A DNA stretch of 63,841 nt, the filler included, from Caldilineae bacterium (lineage in GTDB: Bacteria > Chloroflexota > Anaerolineae > DTLA01): assembly GCA_037446815.1 (NCBI GenBank). It is 4 parts of 4 records of this genome, joined end to end, with 100 filler letters (N's around TTAATTAATTAA, not from the genome) between each part and the next. Parts side by side here need not be neighbours in the genome. Positions count along the whole stretch, not along the records: positions 1 to 17,515 come from JBBIHX010000052.1; 3 more parts are not named here. The stretch is one strand, 5' to 3'. Below are positions 1 to 8,032 of the stretch, in pieces (within the stretch, counting starts at the first letter, position 1; each line of letters begins with the position of its first letter). Both the position numbers and the translations under genes were made by a program. Below the pieces are notes generated by a model. That model had not been told where the DNA came from, did no database searches, and saw only the letters and a program-made list of their open reading frames with translations.

Positions 1-103
1 GGCGTCGCACGTTTCCCGTTCGCGTGGATTCGCGTTATTGGCGGTTGCACTCCTCCGAAGTTGCTTCGTATCGTTTTGGAACCGTGTCGGCGGACAGCGA
101 AAA

Positions 104-132
104 TTGACAAACGCGCCGCTTCGGTGTAAAGT
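104..132 (+). promoter_or_regulatory. sigma70-type promoter for the argG leader
   Basis: TTGACA (104-109), 17-bp spacer, TAAAGT (127-132). Confidence 0.75.
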
Positions 133-161
133 TCTGGGCGAATCCCAAAGGATTGGGTGAG

Positions 162-236
162 ATGATCTTCGGCTCTGATTGCGTAACCTGCATCCGACGA
201 CGAACGGACGAGAGGTCAGACCCCGCGTCTGGATAG
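162..236 (+). CDS. putative 24-aa Arg-sensing leader peptide MIFGSDCVTCIRRRTDERSDPASG
   Basis: ATG 162 after AAAGGA/GGGTGA; CGA-CGA-CGA at 195-203 and AGG at 213-215; TAG 234-236; lies between promoter and terminator upstream of argG; not in the supplied ORF track. Confidence 0.7.
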   Translation: MIFGSDCVTCIRRRTDERSDPASG

Positions 237-260
237 TTCCGTTCGGCTTGCGATAGGTGC

Positions 261-298
261 AAGGCCAGCCTCCAGATCGGGGGCTGGCCTTTCTATTT
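261..298 (+). terminator. attenuator terminator upstream of argG
   Basis: AAGGCCAGCCTCC-agatc-GGGGGCTGGCCTT followed by TCTATTT. Confidence 0.8.
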
Positions 299-374
299 GG
301 CGCGATGGGTGTTCCCGTCGCGCTTTTGCGTACCCGGAGGCCGTCCGCAAGAAACCATAACAGGAGGGGTAGAG

Positions 375-1640
375 ATGAAGAAAGGTGAAGTCAAGAAGGT
401 TGTGCTGGCGTATTCGGGAGGGCTGGACACGTCGTGCATCGTGCCCTGGCTCAAGGAGAACTACGGCTGCGAGGTGATTACGTTCACCGCGGACCTGGGG
501 CAGGGCGCCGACGAACTGGCCGGGTTGGAGCGAAAGGCGTTGGCCAGCGGCGCGAAGAAGGCGTACATCGTGGACCTGCGCGAGGAGTTTCTCATGGAGT
601 ACGCCTTCCGGACCATGCGCGCCGGCGCCATTTACGAGCGGCTGTACCTGCTGGGGACATCCTTCGCGCGACCCGTTACCGCCAAGCACCTGGTGAAGGT
701 GGCGGAGCAGGAAGGGGCCGATGCCGTCGCTCACGGGTGCACGGGCAAGGGCAACGACCAGGTGCGGTTTGAATTGTCGGTCAAGGCGCTGAACCCGCAC
801 CTGAGGGTCATCGCGCCGTGGCGCGAGTGGGAGATACGCTCGCGCGAGGACGCGCTGGCCTACGCCCGGGCCCACAACGTGCCGGTGGCGGTTACCGAGA
901 AGTCCATCTACAGCCGCGACCGCAACCTGTGGCACATTAGCCACGAGGGCGGCGTGCTGGAGGATCCGTGGGCCGAACCGGAAGAGGCCATGTTCATGCT
1001 GACCGTCGCGCCCGAAGCCGCGCCCGACACGCCCCAGTATGTAACCCTCAAATTTGAGAAGGGCTATCCCGTGGCGCTGGACGGCGAGGCGATGGGGCCG
1101 GTGCAGATTCTGGAGCGGCTGAACGACATCGGCGGCGCGCACGGCGTGGGGCGCGTGGATTTGGTGGAGAACCGCCTGGTTGGGATGAAATCGCGCGGCG
1201 TGTACGAGACGCCGGGCGGCACGATCCTGTACACGGCCCATCAGGGGCTGGAGCAAATCTGCCTGGACCGCGAGACGCTGCACTACAAAGAACTGGTGGC
1301 GCACCGGTACGCCGAACTGGTGTATTACGGCCAGTGGTTCACGCCGTTGCGCGAGGCGCTGGATGCCTTCGTGGACAAGACCCAGGAGCGGGTTACGGGC
1401 AGCGTGCGCGTGAAACTGTACAAAGGCTCGTGCACGGTGGTGGGCCGCAAGTCGCCCTTCAGCCTGTACCGCGAGGATTTCGCTACCTTCGGCAAGGACG
1501 ACGTGTATGACCAGAGCGACGCCCAAGGGTTCATCAACCTGTTCGGCCTGCCGATGAAGGTGAAGGCGCTGCTGGATATGGAGAACGGCTGGGCGACGGG
1601 TTTGGAGCGCCCCGACTATAGCCGGTTCAAGCGGGATTAG
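375..1640 (+). CDS. argG: argininosuccinate synthase
   Basis: [44 protein letters not shown] motifs; start moved to ATG 375 after AGGAGG. Confidence 0.97.
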   Translation: MKKGEVKKVVLAYSGGLDTSCIVPWLKENYGCEVITFTADLGQGADELAGLERKALASGAKKAYIVDLREEFLMEYAFRTMRAGAIYERLYLLGTSFARPVTAKHLVKVAEQEGADAVAHGCTGKGNDQVRFELSVKALNPHLRVIAPWREWEIRSREDALAYARAHNVPVAVTEKSIYSRDRNLWHISHEGGVLEDPWAEPEEAMFMLTVAPEAAPDTPQYVTLKFEKGYPVALDGEAMGPVQILERLNDIGGAHGVGRVDLVENRLVGMKSRGVYETPGGTILYTAHQGLEQICLDRETLHYKELVAHRYAELVYYGQWFTPLREALDAFVDKTQERVTGSVRVKLYKGSCTVVGRKSPFSLYREDFATFGKDDVYDQSDAQGFINLFGLPMKVKALLDMENGWATGLERPDYSRFKRD

Positions 1641-1646
1641 GCCGGA

Positions 1647-1675
1647 GCAGGGGCAGGCACGAGGTCTGCCCCTGC
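1647..1675. terminator. REP-like hairpin / bidirectional terminator between convergent genes
   Basis: GCAGGGGCAGGC-acgag-GTCTGCCCCTGC. Confidence 0.6.
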
Positions 1676-1679
1676 GATC

Positions 1680-4514
1680 CTACGCCTCTACGCGCACGGT
1701 GGCAGTCTGCCAGGGGCCGCAGGGGACGCGCACGGTGCGCCCGTCCACGACGGCCACGGGTTCAATCGGCTGCTCGGCGAGGTTCACCCGCTCGGCGCGG
1801 CGGATGGGCCAGGCGAATTCCATCTCGGCGTCCACGGCATGGGCCGCGTAGTTGCACACGCGCACGATGAGGCCATCGCCGTCCTCGGGGGTCTTCACCG
1901 CCGTTACCACCAGCGACTCCGGCCGCACCGACAGCAGCGACATTCGCGGAGGCAGAGGCCCTTGCAACGCCACCTGCACCGCGCGCATGGGCGTCTCAAA
2001 GGCGTGGGCGTGGCGGAAGGCTTGCTCCCAACCGCCCGCGTGGGGGATGATGGCGTAGTGGAATGTGTGCTCGCCCAGTTCCTGCGCTTCGGGCGTGGGA
2101 CGGCCCGGGCCCGCGCCCCACTTGCGCGTGGACAGGTCGTCGCGCGAGAGCCAACCCACGCACCGCAGGAGGGTAATGGCGATGGTCGCGCCCTCGTCGC
2201 CGGGGATGACCTCGCCTTCGGGCAGGCCGCGCACGGCCACCATGACGCCCTTCGCGCCGTCGTTCACGTCGCAGAAGGCCCGCTGCGGGAACGTGGGCTG
2301 GGGCTGCTCCACCCAGTCGGCAGTGTCGGCGGGCAGGGCCAAAGGGCGTCGCACCACGTCGTAATGCCCCTCGGCAAACGAGTGGTCGGCGCGAATCGGC
2401 GTCGGCACGAGGACGCGCAGGCGGTGGTCGCGGGCGGTGTTGACGATGGTCGTCTGGATGTCGCAGCGGGGGACACCTGCCGCAAGGGAGATGCGCGTGG
2501 TGATGGGAATGACCGCGTGGTGTGGCGAGCGCGACGCGCGGTCTGGGGCGAGCGACTCGGGCACGCGGTACAGCAGGTCTATCTCCAGCGTGGCGCGCGC
2601 GGGGCCGGCCTCCACGAGGCGGATGACCGGCTTCTCGCACGGGGCGTCCACGAGCGTATCGCGCTCCGGCGGGCAGTAGTTGTACTCGTCGCCGCGGTCG
2701 CCGCCGTCCACGAAACGGTTGACGCCCGAAAGGCGCATGCCTGTGGGCTTGTGCAGGATGGATAGCGTCCCGTCGCGGGGTTCCACCCGCACGCTGATAA
2801 ACTCATTTTCCACATGCAGCGCCGAAGCGGTTACGGCGGTCTGGGCGTGGGCGGTTGTGGCCTTCTGCACCGCAAAGGTGCGATAGCCGAACGATGGCAC
2901 GTCGGCGGCGAGGGCAATGCGGCAGCGCAGGGGGCTTCGCACCCGCACCTGCACTTCGCGGATGGACTCGTCGCCCAGCAGCGTCTGCGACAGGGCGGCC
3001 CAATCGCGCAGGGCTAAGGGGTCGGGCGCGCCGCTTTCGCCCAGCGTAATGTCCAGCCGTGCGCGCTCGCCCTCCGTGCGGAGGCACACCTCGCGGAGGG
3101 GCTTGTCCTGCACTTTGCCGTCCTGCGCGACGCCTGCCAGCAAGAGCAACTCCTCGCGGGCAAAGACGCCGGCAAAGTACTCCTGCTGTTCGCGCTCCAG
3201 AATCTGGTAGGGGATTGGGTCGCCTGCCTCATCGGCTATGGCGAATTGCTCCAGGCTCTGGGGCAATTCCAGCGTGGCTTCCAGCACGTCGGTGCGGGGG
3301 CCGGCCAGCGGGTTGAACACGACGAGCGCGGGCGTTTGGCCCGGAGTTGCCACGGCGTGGGCGATGGCCTCCAGGCTTTGCCGCAGGACGGTCTCGCCGA
3401 TTTGCTCGGCCCAGTCGTAGCGGGTGCGCATTTCGCGGTGGACCTGATCCACGCTGCACCCGCAGATGGAGTCGTGCGGCTGATTCTCCAGCAGATAGCG
3501 CCAGGCGCGCCGCACGATGTCGCGCGTGGGGGCGAGAGGCATCGGGGGCACGCCCGCATGCGCGGCCAGTTGTTCGGCGAAGGCCGCCCAGGGCTCCGCC
3601 CAACGCTCCAGCAGCGTCTGGAGGGCGGCGTTGCGCTGCTTGATCCACATACGGGCCGAAAGGACGCCTGGGAGCAGGTGCTGGGTCTTGCACGAGCGGA
3701 GTTCGCCCTGCACGACGGGCAGCGCATCCACGCCATCGGGGCCGAGGGCGTCGCGCACCGCCTGGATGTAGGCCGGCAGGGTGCTGTGGCGGATGTCCAG
3801 GGCAGGCAGTCGCGCGGACGTGTGGCGGATGGCGGCGGGCAGGGCTGCGTCCGGCTCCATGTGGTCGGTGCCATTCATCAGGGGTAGGCAACCGGAGCGG
3901 GAATGAGCGGCCATGTCCGCGATGAGGGCCTCCACGGCGGCGGCGAACGCCTCGGGGTCGCCAACGGGCAGGTGGGCTGCGTTGCCATATCCGCCGCGCA
4001 GGTAGATGAGCAGCACCTCGTCGCCTCCCGCGCCGCGCCACCGCAATTCAAACGGGTGGTCATCCAACCCGCGCCACAGGACGGCCTCGTTCATCCCGAA
4101 CCCGCGCAGGATATGCGGCAGTTGGGAGATGTGGCCGAACTGGTCGGGCGCGTAGCCCACGGTCATCTTCGCGCCGAACCTCTGGGCGATGCGGTGGCCG
4201 AGGAGCAGGTTGCGCACGATGGCCTCGGGGCTGACGAGGAACTCGTCGGGCAGGATGAACCAGGGGCCGATGAGGAGCCGGCCCGATTGCACCAGGGCGC
4301 GGATTTCGGCCTCGCGTTCGGGCCGCACCTCCAGGTAGTCTTCCAGGACGACGGTCTGGCCGTCCAGCATGAAGAAGCGATAATCGGGATCCGACGCCAT
4401 GATGTCCAGGAGTTTGTCCACCAGTTTGACGAGGCGCAGGCGGAACTCCTGGAACGGCTGATACCACTCTCTATCCCAATGGGTGTGCGGAATGATGAAC
4501 GCCTGCTGTGTCAT
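1680..4514 (-). CDS. GH38 alpha-mannosidase family (mannosylglycerate hydrolase-like)
   Basis: PHTHWDREWY, LDGQ, IGPWFILPDEFLVS, PDQFGH, NQPHDSICGCSVD; start MTQQAF at 4514 after GGGAGGA. Confidence 0.9.
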   Translation of the reverse strand: MTQQAFIIPHTHWDREWYQPFQEFRLRLVKLVDKLLDIMASDPDYRFFMLDGQTVVLEDYLEVRPEREAEIRALVQSGRLLIGPWFILPDEFLVSPEAIVRNLLLGHRIAQRFGAKMTVGYAPDQFGHISQLPHILRGFGMNEAVLWRGLDDHPFELRWRGAGGDEVLLIYLRGGYGNAAHLPVGDPEAFAAAVEALIADMAAHSRSGCLPLMNGTDHMEPDAALPAAIRHTSARLPALDIRHSTLPAYIQAVRDALGPDGVDALPVVQGELRSCKTQHLLPGVLSARMWIKQRNAALQTLLERWAEPWAAFAEQLAAHAGVPPMPLAPTRDIVRRAWRYLLENQPHDSICGCSVDQVHREMRTRYDWAEQIGETVLRQSLEAIAHAVATPGQTPALVVFNPLAGPRTDVLEATLELPQSLEQFAIADEAGDPIPYQILEREQQEYFAGVFAREELLLLAGVAQDGKVQDKPLREVCLRTEGERARLDITLGESGAPDPLALRDWAALSQTLLGDESIREVQVRVRSPLRCRIALAADVPSFGYRTFAVQKATTAHAQTAVTASALHVENEFISVRVEPRDGTLSILHKPTGMRLSGVNRFVDGGDRGDEYNYCPPERDTLVDAPCEKPVIRLVEAGPARATLEIDLLYRVPESLAPDRASRSPHHAVIPITTRISLAAGVPRCDIQTTIVNTARDHRLRVLVPTPIRADHSFAEGHYDVVRRPLALPADTADWVEQPQPTFPQRAFCDVNDGAKGVMVAVRGLPEGEVIPGDEGATIAITLLRCVGWLSRDDLSTRKWGAGPGRPTPEAQELGEHTFHYAIIPHAGGWEQAFRHAHAFETPMRAVQVALQGPLPPRMSLLSVRPESLVVTAVKTPEDGDGLIVRVCNYAAHAVDAEMEFAWPIRRAERVNLAEQPIEPVAVVDGRTVRVPCGPWQTATVRVEA

Positions 4515-4539
4515 CGCATTGTCCTCCCGTGATGAACGT

Positions 4540-5409
4540 TTAGGTTTGCCGTTTCGGCTCCTGGACGAGCACCAGGGCGATGCCGAGCAGGGTGATTGCC
4601 GCGCCCAGTGCCGCGTTCCAGGTCGGCGCTTCGCCCAGGAACAGCCAGCCCAGCAGGATGCCGCCGGTAACCTCCTGCGTGGCGACAAGGTTTACATAGG
4701 TCGCATGGGTCTTGCGCAGGGCGGCGTTGTACAAGGTGTGGCCCAGCCCCAGCGGGAACACGCCCAGCGCCAGCACCGACAGCGCCTGGCGCGTTCCCCA
4801 TCCCGCGCCTGCCAGCGGGGCCGCTACCGGCGTGAGCCAGAGGGCCGCCGCGCCATAGGTGGCGAGCGCGTAGGTGAAGAGCGGATACCGGTCGCGCTGG
4901 GAGCGGCCCGCCACGGAGTAGAACCCGAACGCAATCGCCGAGCCGAGCGCCAACGCGTCGCCGATGAGCATGTCGCGGGTGAGGTGCGGTTCAAATCCGG
5001 CCAGGATGGCGACGCCCGCCACGGCGACCGCGACGCCGACATACTTCCAGCGGGCGATGGACTCGCGCAGAAACAGCGCCGAGAACAGGGTTACGAAGAT
5101 GGGCGCGGTGTAGGTGAGGGTCAGGGAGTGGGCGATGGTCGTGTAACTCAGCGACGCGATGTAGCAGAAGAAGTGCGCGGCGGTAATCCCGCCGAACAGC
5201 AGGAAGCGCGGGATGTCGCCGCGGCCCAGGCGCACGCGCTGGCGGGATGCAAGCGCCAGGACGGCGACGGTGGCGGTGGCGATGGCAAGCCGCGCCCAGG
5301 TGATGACGTAGGGCGAGAGGGGCGCGGCCCATCGGATGAAGACGGGCGACGTGGAGAACATCAGCGTGCCAAGCGCCACGTACAGGAGTCCTTTGCGGCG
5401 TTCGGACAT
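4540..5409 (-). CDS. EamA/DMT family transporter
   Basis: about 10 hydrophobic segments in two EamA-like halves (YTAPIFVTLFSALFLRE; GWLFLGE). Confidence 0.88.
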   Translation of the reverse strand: MSERRKGLLYVALGTLMFSTSPVFIRWAAPLSPYVITWARLAIATATVAVLALASRQRVRLGRGDIPRFLLFGGITAAHFFCYIASLSYTTIAHSLTLTYTAPIFVTLFSALFLRESIARWKYVGVAVAVAGVAILAGFEPHLTRDMLIGDALALGSAIAFGFYSVAGRSQRDRYPLFTYALATYGAAALWLTPVAAPLAGAGWGTRQALSVLALGVFPLGLGHTLYNAALRKTHATYVNLVATQEVTGGILLGWLFLGEAPTWNAALGAAITLLGIALVLVQEPKRQT

Positions 5410-5412
5410 ACG

Positions 5413-6663
5413 CTACTCTCCTCCCAGGTGCGACGCCCGCGGCGGGATGACCTTGCGCAGATAGGTTACCGGCGTCGGCTGCCCGTTCAGCGGGACGGTT
5501 GCCTCGCGGTGGGGCACAAACCCCAGGCGCTCGTACAGGGCGCGCACCCGCACGGCGTCGCTGCGCACGCCGATTTCCAGCACGGGGATGTCGCGCGCCG
5601 AAGCCTCGTCGGTGAGCGCCTGGATGAGCGCCGTGCCCAACCCGCGCCCCTGAAGCGAAGGCTCCACCACCAGGTTGGCAATCTCCGCAACCTCGCCCAT
5701 GATGCTCAACTCGCCGTTGGCCACGGCTTCGCCCAGTTCCACCACCAGGTGTACCCTGCGGCCCCTCGCGGCCTCGGCCAGGCTCCACGCCAGATGGCGC
5801 GCGGTGTCGTCGGGAGCCGAGCCGGAAAAGCAGTTCCGCGCCAGGGCGTCGGCGTCGTCGGGCGCGGCGCGGCGGATGCGCCAGGCAGGCCCGGGGTTCA
5901 GGTGGAACGCCAGGTGATACTCCAGTTGCCCGGCCACGAAGGCCACATCGTGCCCGCCTGGGCGCTGTCGGTATGCGGCCAGGATGCCCTGAGCGCGGCA
6001 GGCGTCCACGAATCGCCGCCCCAGGGGGCGATCCCACGCATCGTCGCCCGTGGTTACCAGCAGGCGCATCTCTCCCAGCGCGGCGACGTGCGCCGCGGGG
6101 TTGTGGGCGCGCCACACGGCCGGGTCATCCCCCAGGAGTGCGCGCAGGCCCGCGTAATCGGGGCACAGCGGCTCAATGTCCAGCGGCCCAAGGATGGACG
6201 AGGCGCTGGCGAACAGGTCGGGGTGGCGCGCGGCCAGGTACATGGCGCCGAACCCGCCCATGCTGAAGCCGCAGATGGCTCGGTTTTCCCGTCTGCCGCC
6301 GACCCCGTGCCGCGACTCCACGGCGCTCATGACGGCGAGGAAGGCGCGCTCGCCCTGGCTTCGCCGATTCGCCGGGCTGTCCAGATACCACCCCTTGCCC
6401 CCGTTCACGAAGGCCAAGCACACGCGCGCGGCCATTGGCAGCAGGCGAGCCATGGGCAGGTCCGTGAAGAACGAGGCCGGCGAGTGGCCCGCGCCGTGGA
6501 GGAAGTAGATGACCGGCCGCGGCGTGCTGTCCTGCGCGTTCTGGGGCGGGCAGACGAGGACCGGCTCGCGGCGCGTGGGCGCGACCCGAACCCACTCCCA
6601 GCGGCAGCGCGGCGGGAGTGCTACCTGGGGCGCGGGATTTCTTCGCAGTGGGAGACGCAGCAT
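5413..6663 (-). CDS. alpha/beta-hydrolase esterase fused to C-terminal GNAT acetyltransferase
   Basis: YFLHGAG, GFSMGG nucleophile elbow, GGHD; then VEPSLQGRGLGTALI and LYERLGF GNAT motifs; start uncertain (6663 ATG or 6675 GTG); ORF-track extension to 6876 runs into repeats. Confidence 0.75.
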   Translation of the reverse strand: MLRLPLRRNPAPQVALPPRCRWEWVRVAPTRREPVLVCPPQNAQDSTPRPVIYFLHGAGHSPASFFTDLPMARLLPMAARVCLAFVNGGKGWYLDSPANRRSQGERAFLAVMSAVESRHGVGGRRENRAICGFSMGGFGAMYLAARHPDLFASASSILGPLDIEPLCPDYAGLRALLGDDPAVWRAHNPAAHVAALGEMRLLVTTGDDAWDRPLGRRFVDACRAQGILAAYRQRPGGHDVAFVAGQLEYHLAFHLNPGPAWRIRRAAPDDADALARNCFSGSAPDDTARHLAWSLAEAARGRRVHLVVELGEAVANGELSIMGEVAEIANLVVEPSLQGRGLGTALIQALTDEASARDIPVLEIGVRSDAVRVRALYERLGFVPHREATVPLNGQPTPVTYLRKVIPPRASHLGGE

Positions 6664-6724
6664 GTTCGGACTCACCGGTCGGCGTAAGGTGGAGGGAAGT
6701 ATAGCAGGATGGGCGCGGGAGGGC

Positions 6725-7190
6725 AAAGTGGGGCTGAAGCCGCCGCGGTGGAGGTGTGGAGCAAATTGGCAATTTGCTCCACGGGGCAGGTGTGGGCGTG
6801 GCGGCGCGGGGCTGAAGCCGCCGCGGTGAGTGGGTGGGCTTCCCCCTGGCCGCGTGCGAGGGAGCGTGGCCCTCACCCCAGCCCTCTCCCGGTGGGCGAG
6901 GGAGCGTGGCCCTCACCCCAGCCCTCTCCCGGTGGGCGAGGGAGCGGGGCCGCGCGGGGCTGAAGCCGCCGCGCTGAGGGTGGTTGCAGGGCGGGTCCTT
7001 GGGGAAAGGCGGCTCGGTCTTGTCACCCTGAGCATGTAGGGGCGACCGATCGGTCGCCCCTACTACTATCCGCGGATAACGCGGATTGCACGAATAGGGG
7101 TTGCGAGATTCTTCGCGGCTGCGCCGCTCAGAATGATGGGCGGTCGGCGCCCTGGCGGTGGCGGCTACCGGCGGACTTTGAACCGAATCC
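6725..7190. repeat. mosaic cluster of REP-like palindromes
   Basis: 3x GGGCTGAAGCCGCCGCG; 2 tandem CCTCACCCCAGCCCTCTCCCGGTGGGCGAGGGAG; perfect 28-bp palindrome GTAGGGGCGACCGATCGGTCGCCCCTAC (7036-7063); GAGATTCTTCG...CTCAGAATGA unit. Confidence 0.85.
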
Positions 7191-7267
7191 GAGGGCGGGG
7201 CGAGGTTGGTGATTGGCGGCAACCGTGGTATAATAGCCCAAGCCAACTCCCACAGAGAGTCCATACG

Positions 7268-8017
7268 ATGGCAATCGCAGCGGCGCTACTCGGATACTGC
7301 GTCGGCGTGTTCTTGAACCTCTGCGCCGACTTCCTGCCCGCCGAGCCACGGCGGTCTCCGTTCCAGTTTCCCCGATGCGCGGCATGTGGCGCGCCCCGAC
7401 GACCCTTGAGCCTGGCAGGGGTGATTGCGGATTGGGCTGGCTGGAGCCGCTGCCCGCAGTGCGGGGCAGGGCGAGGGCTGCGCGCGCCCGTCGTGGAACT
7501 GGCAACTGCCGCCATCTTCGGGTTCTTGGCTTGGCGCTACGGGTTTGGGGTGCAGTTCGTTTTCCTGGCGCTCTACTTCGCGGTGCTCATCCTGGTTACC
7601 GTTACAGACCTGGAGCATCGCCTCATCCTGGATGTCGTTACCTACCCGGCCATGGCGCTGGCGCTGGTAGGGAGTTTCTTCATGCCCAACATGACGCCGG
7701 CAAAGGCGCTCATCGGCGGCGCCATCGGCTTCGGGCTGTTCTTCGTGCTGGCCGTGATCGCCCGCGGCGGGCTGGGCGGCGGCGACGTTACGCTCATGGG
7801 GTTCGTGGGCCTAGCGACGGGGTTCCCGGTGGTTATCGTGGCAATCCTGGCGGGTATCCTGCTGGGCGGGCTGGGCGCCGGGGCGATGCTGGCGCTCCGT
7901 CGCGTTGGCCGCAAGAGCACCATCGCCTACGGCCCGTATCTGGTGCTGGGGGCTGCGTTCGCGCTTCTGTACGGGCGCGAGTTCATCCTGTGGTATCTAG
8001 CGCCGTATGCGCGCTAG
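7268..8017 (+). CDS. prepilin peptidase (A24 family)
   Basis: two CxxC (CAAC, CPQC), TDLEHRLI and GGGDV aspartate motifs, IAYGPYL; TGGTATAAT extended -10 upstream. Confidence 0.88.
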   Translation: MAIAAALLGYCVGVFLNLCADFLPAEPRRSPFQFPRCAACGAPRRPLSLAGVIADWAGWSRCPQCGAGRGLRAPVVELATAAIFGFLAWRYGFGVQFVFLALYFAVLILVTVTDLEHRLILDVVTYPAMALALVGSFFMPNMTPAKALIGGAIGFGLFFVLAVIARGGLGGGDVTLMGFVGLATGFPVVIVAILAGILLGGLGAGAMLALRRVGRKSTIAYGPYLVLGAAFALLYGREFILWYLAPYAR

Positions 8018-8032
8018 GCGCGAGGGGGAGAC

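Noticed and set aside
139..298. T-box riboswitch upstream of argG
   Set aside because: No T-box consensus (GGTGGNACCGCG) or stem I motifs; the leader-peptide model fits better.
4483..6687. 734-aa plus-strand ORF and other long antisense ORFs (216-1526, 9832-11832, 42936-44978, 49615-51729, 54906-56753, 61881-63839)
   Set aside because: Shadows of well-supported genes on the opposite strand in high-GC DNA, with no motifs.
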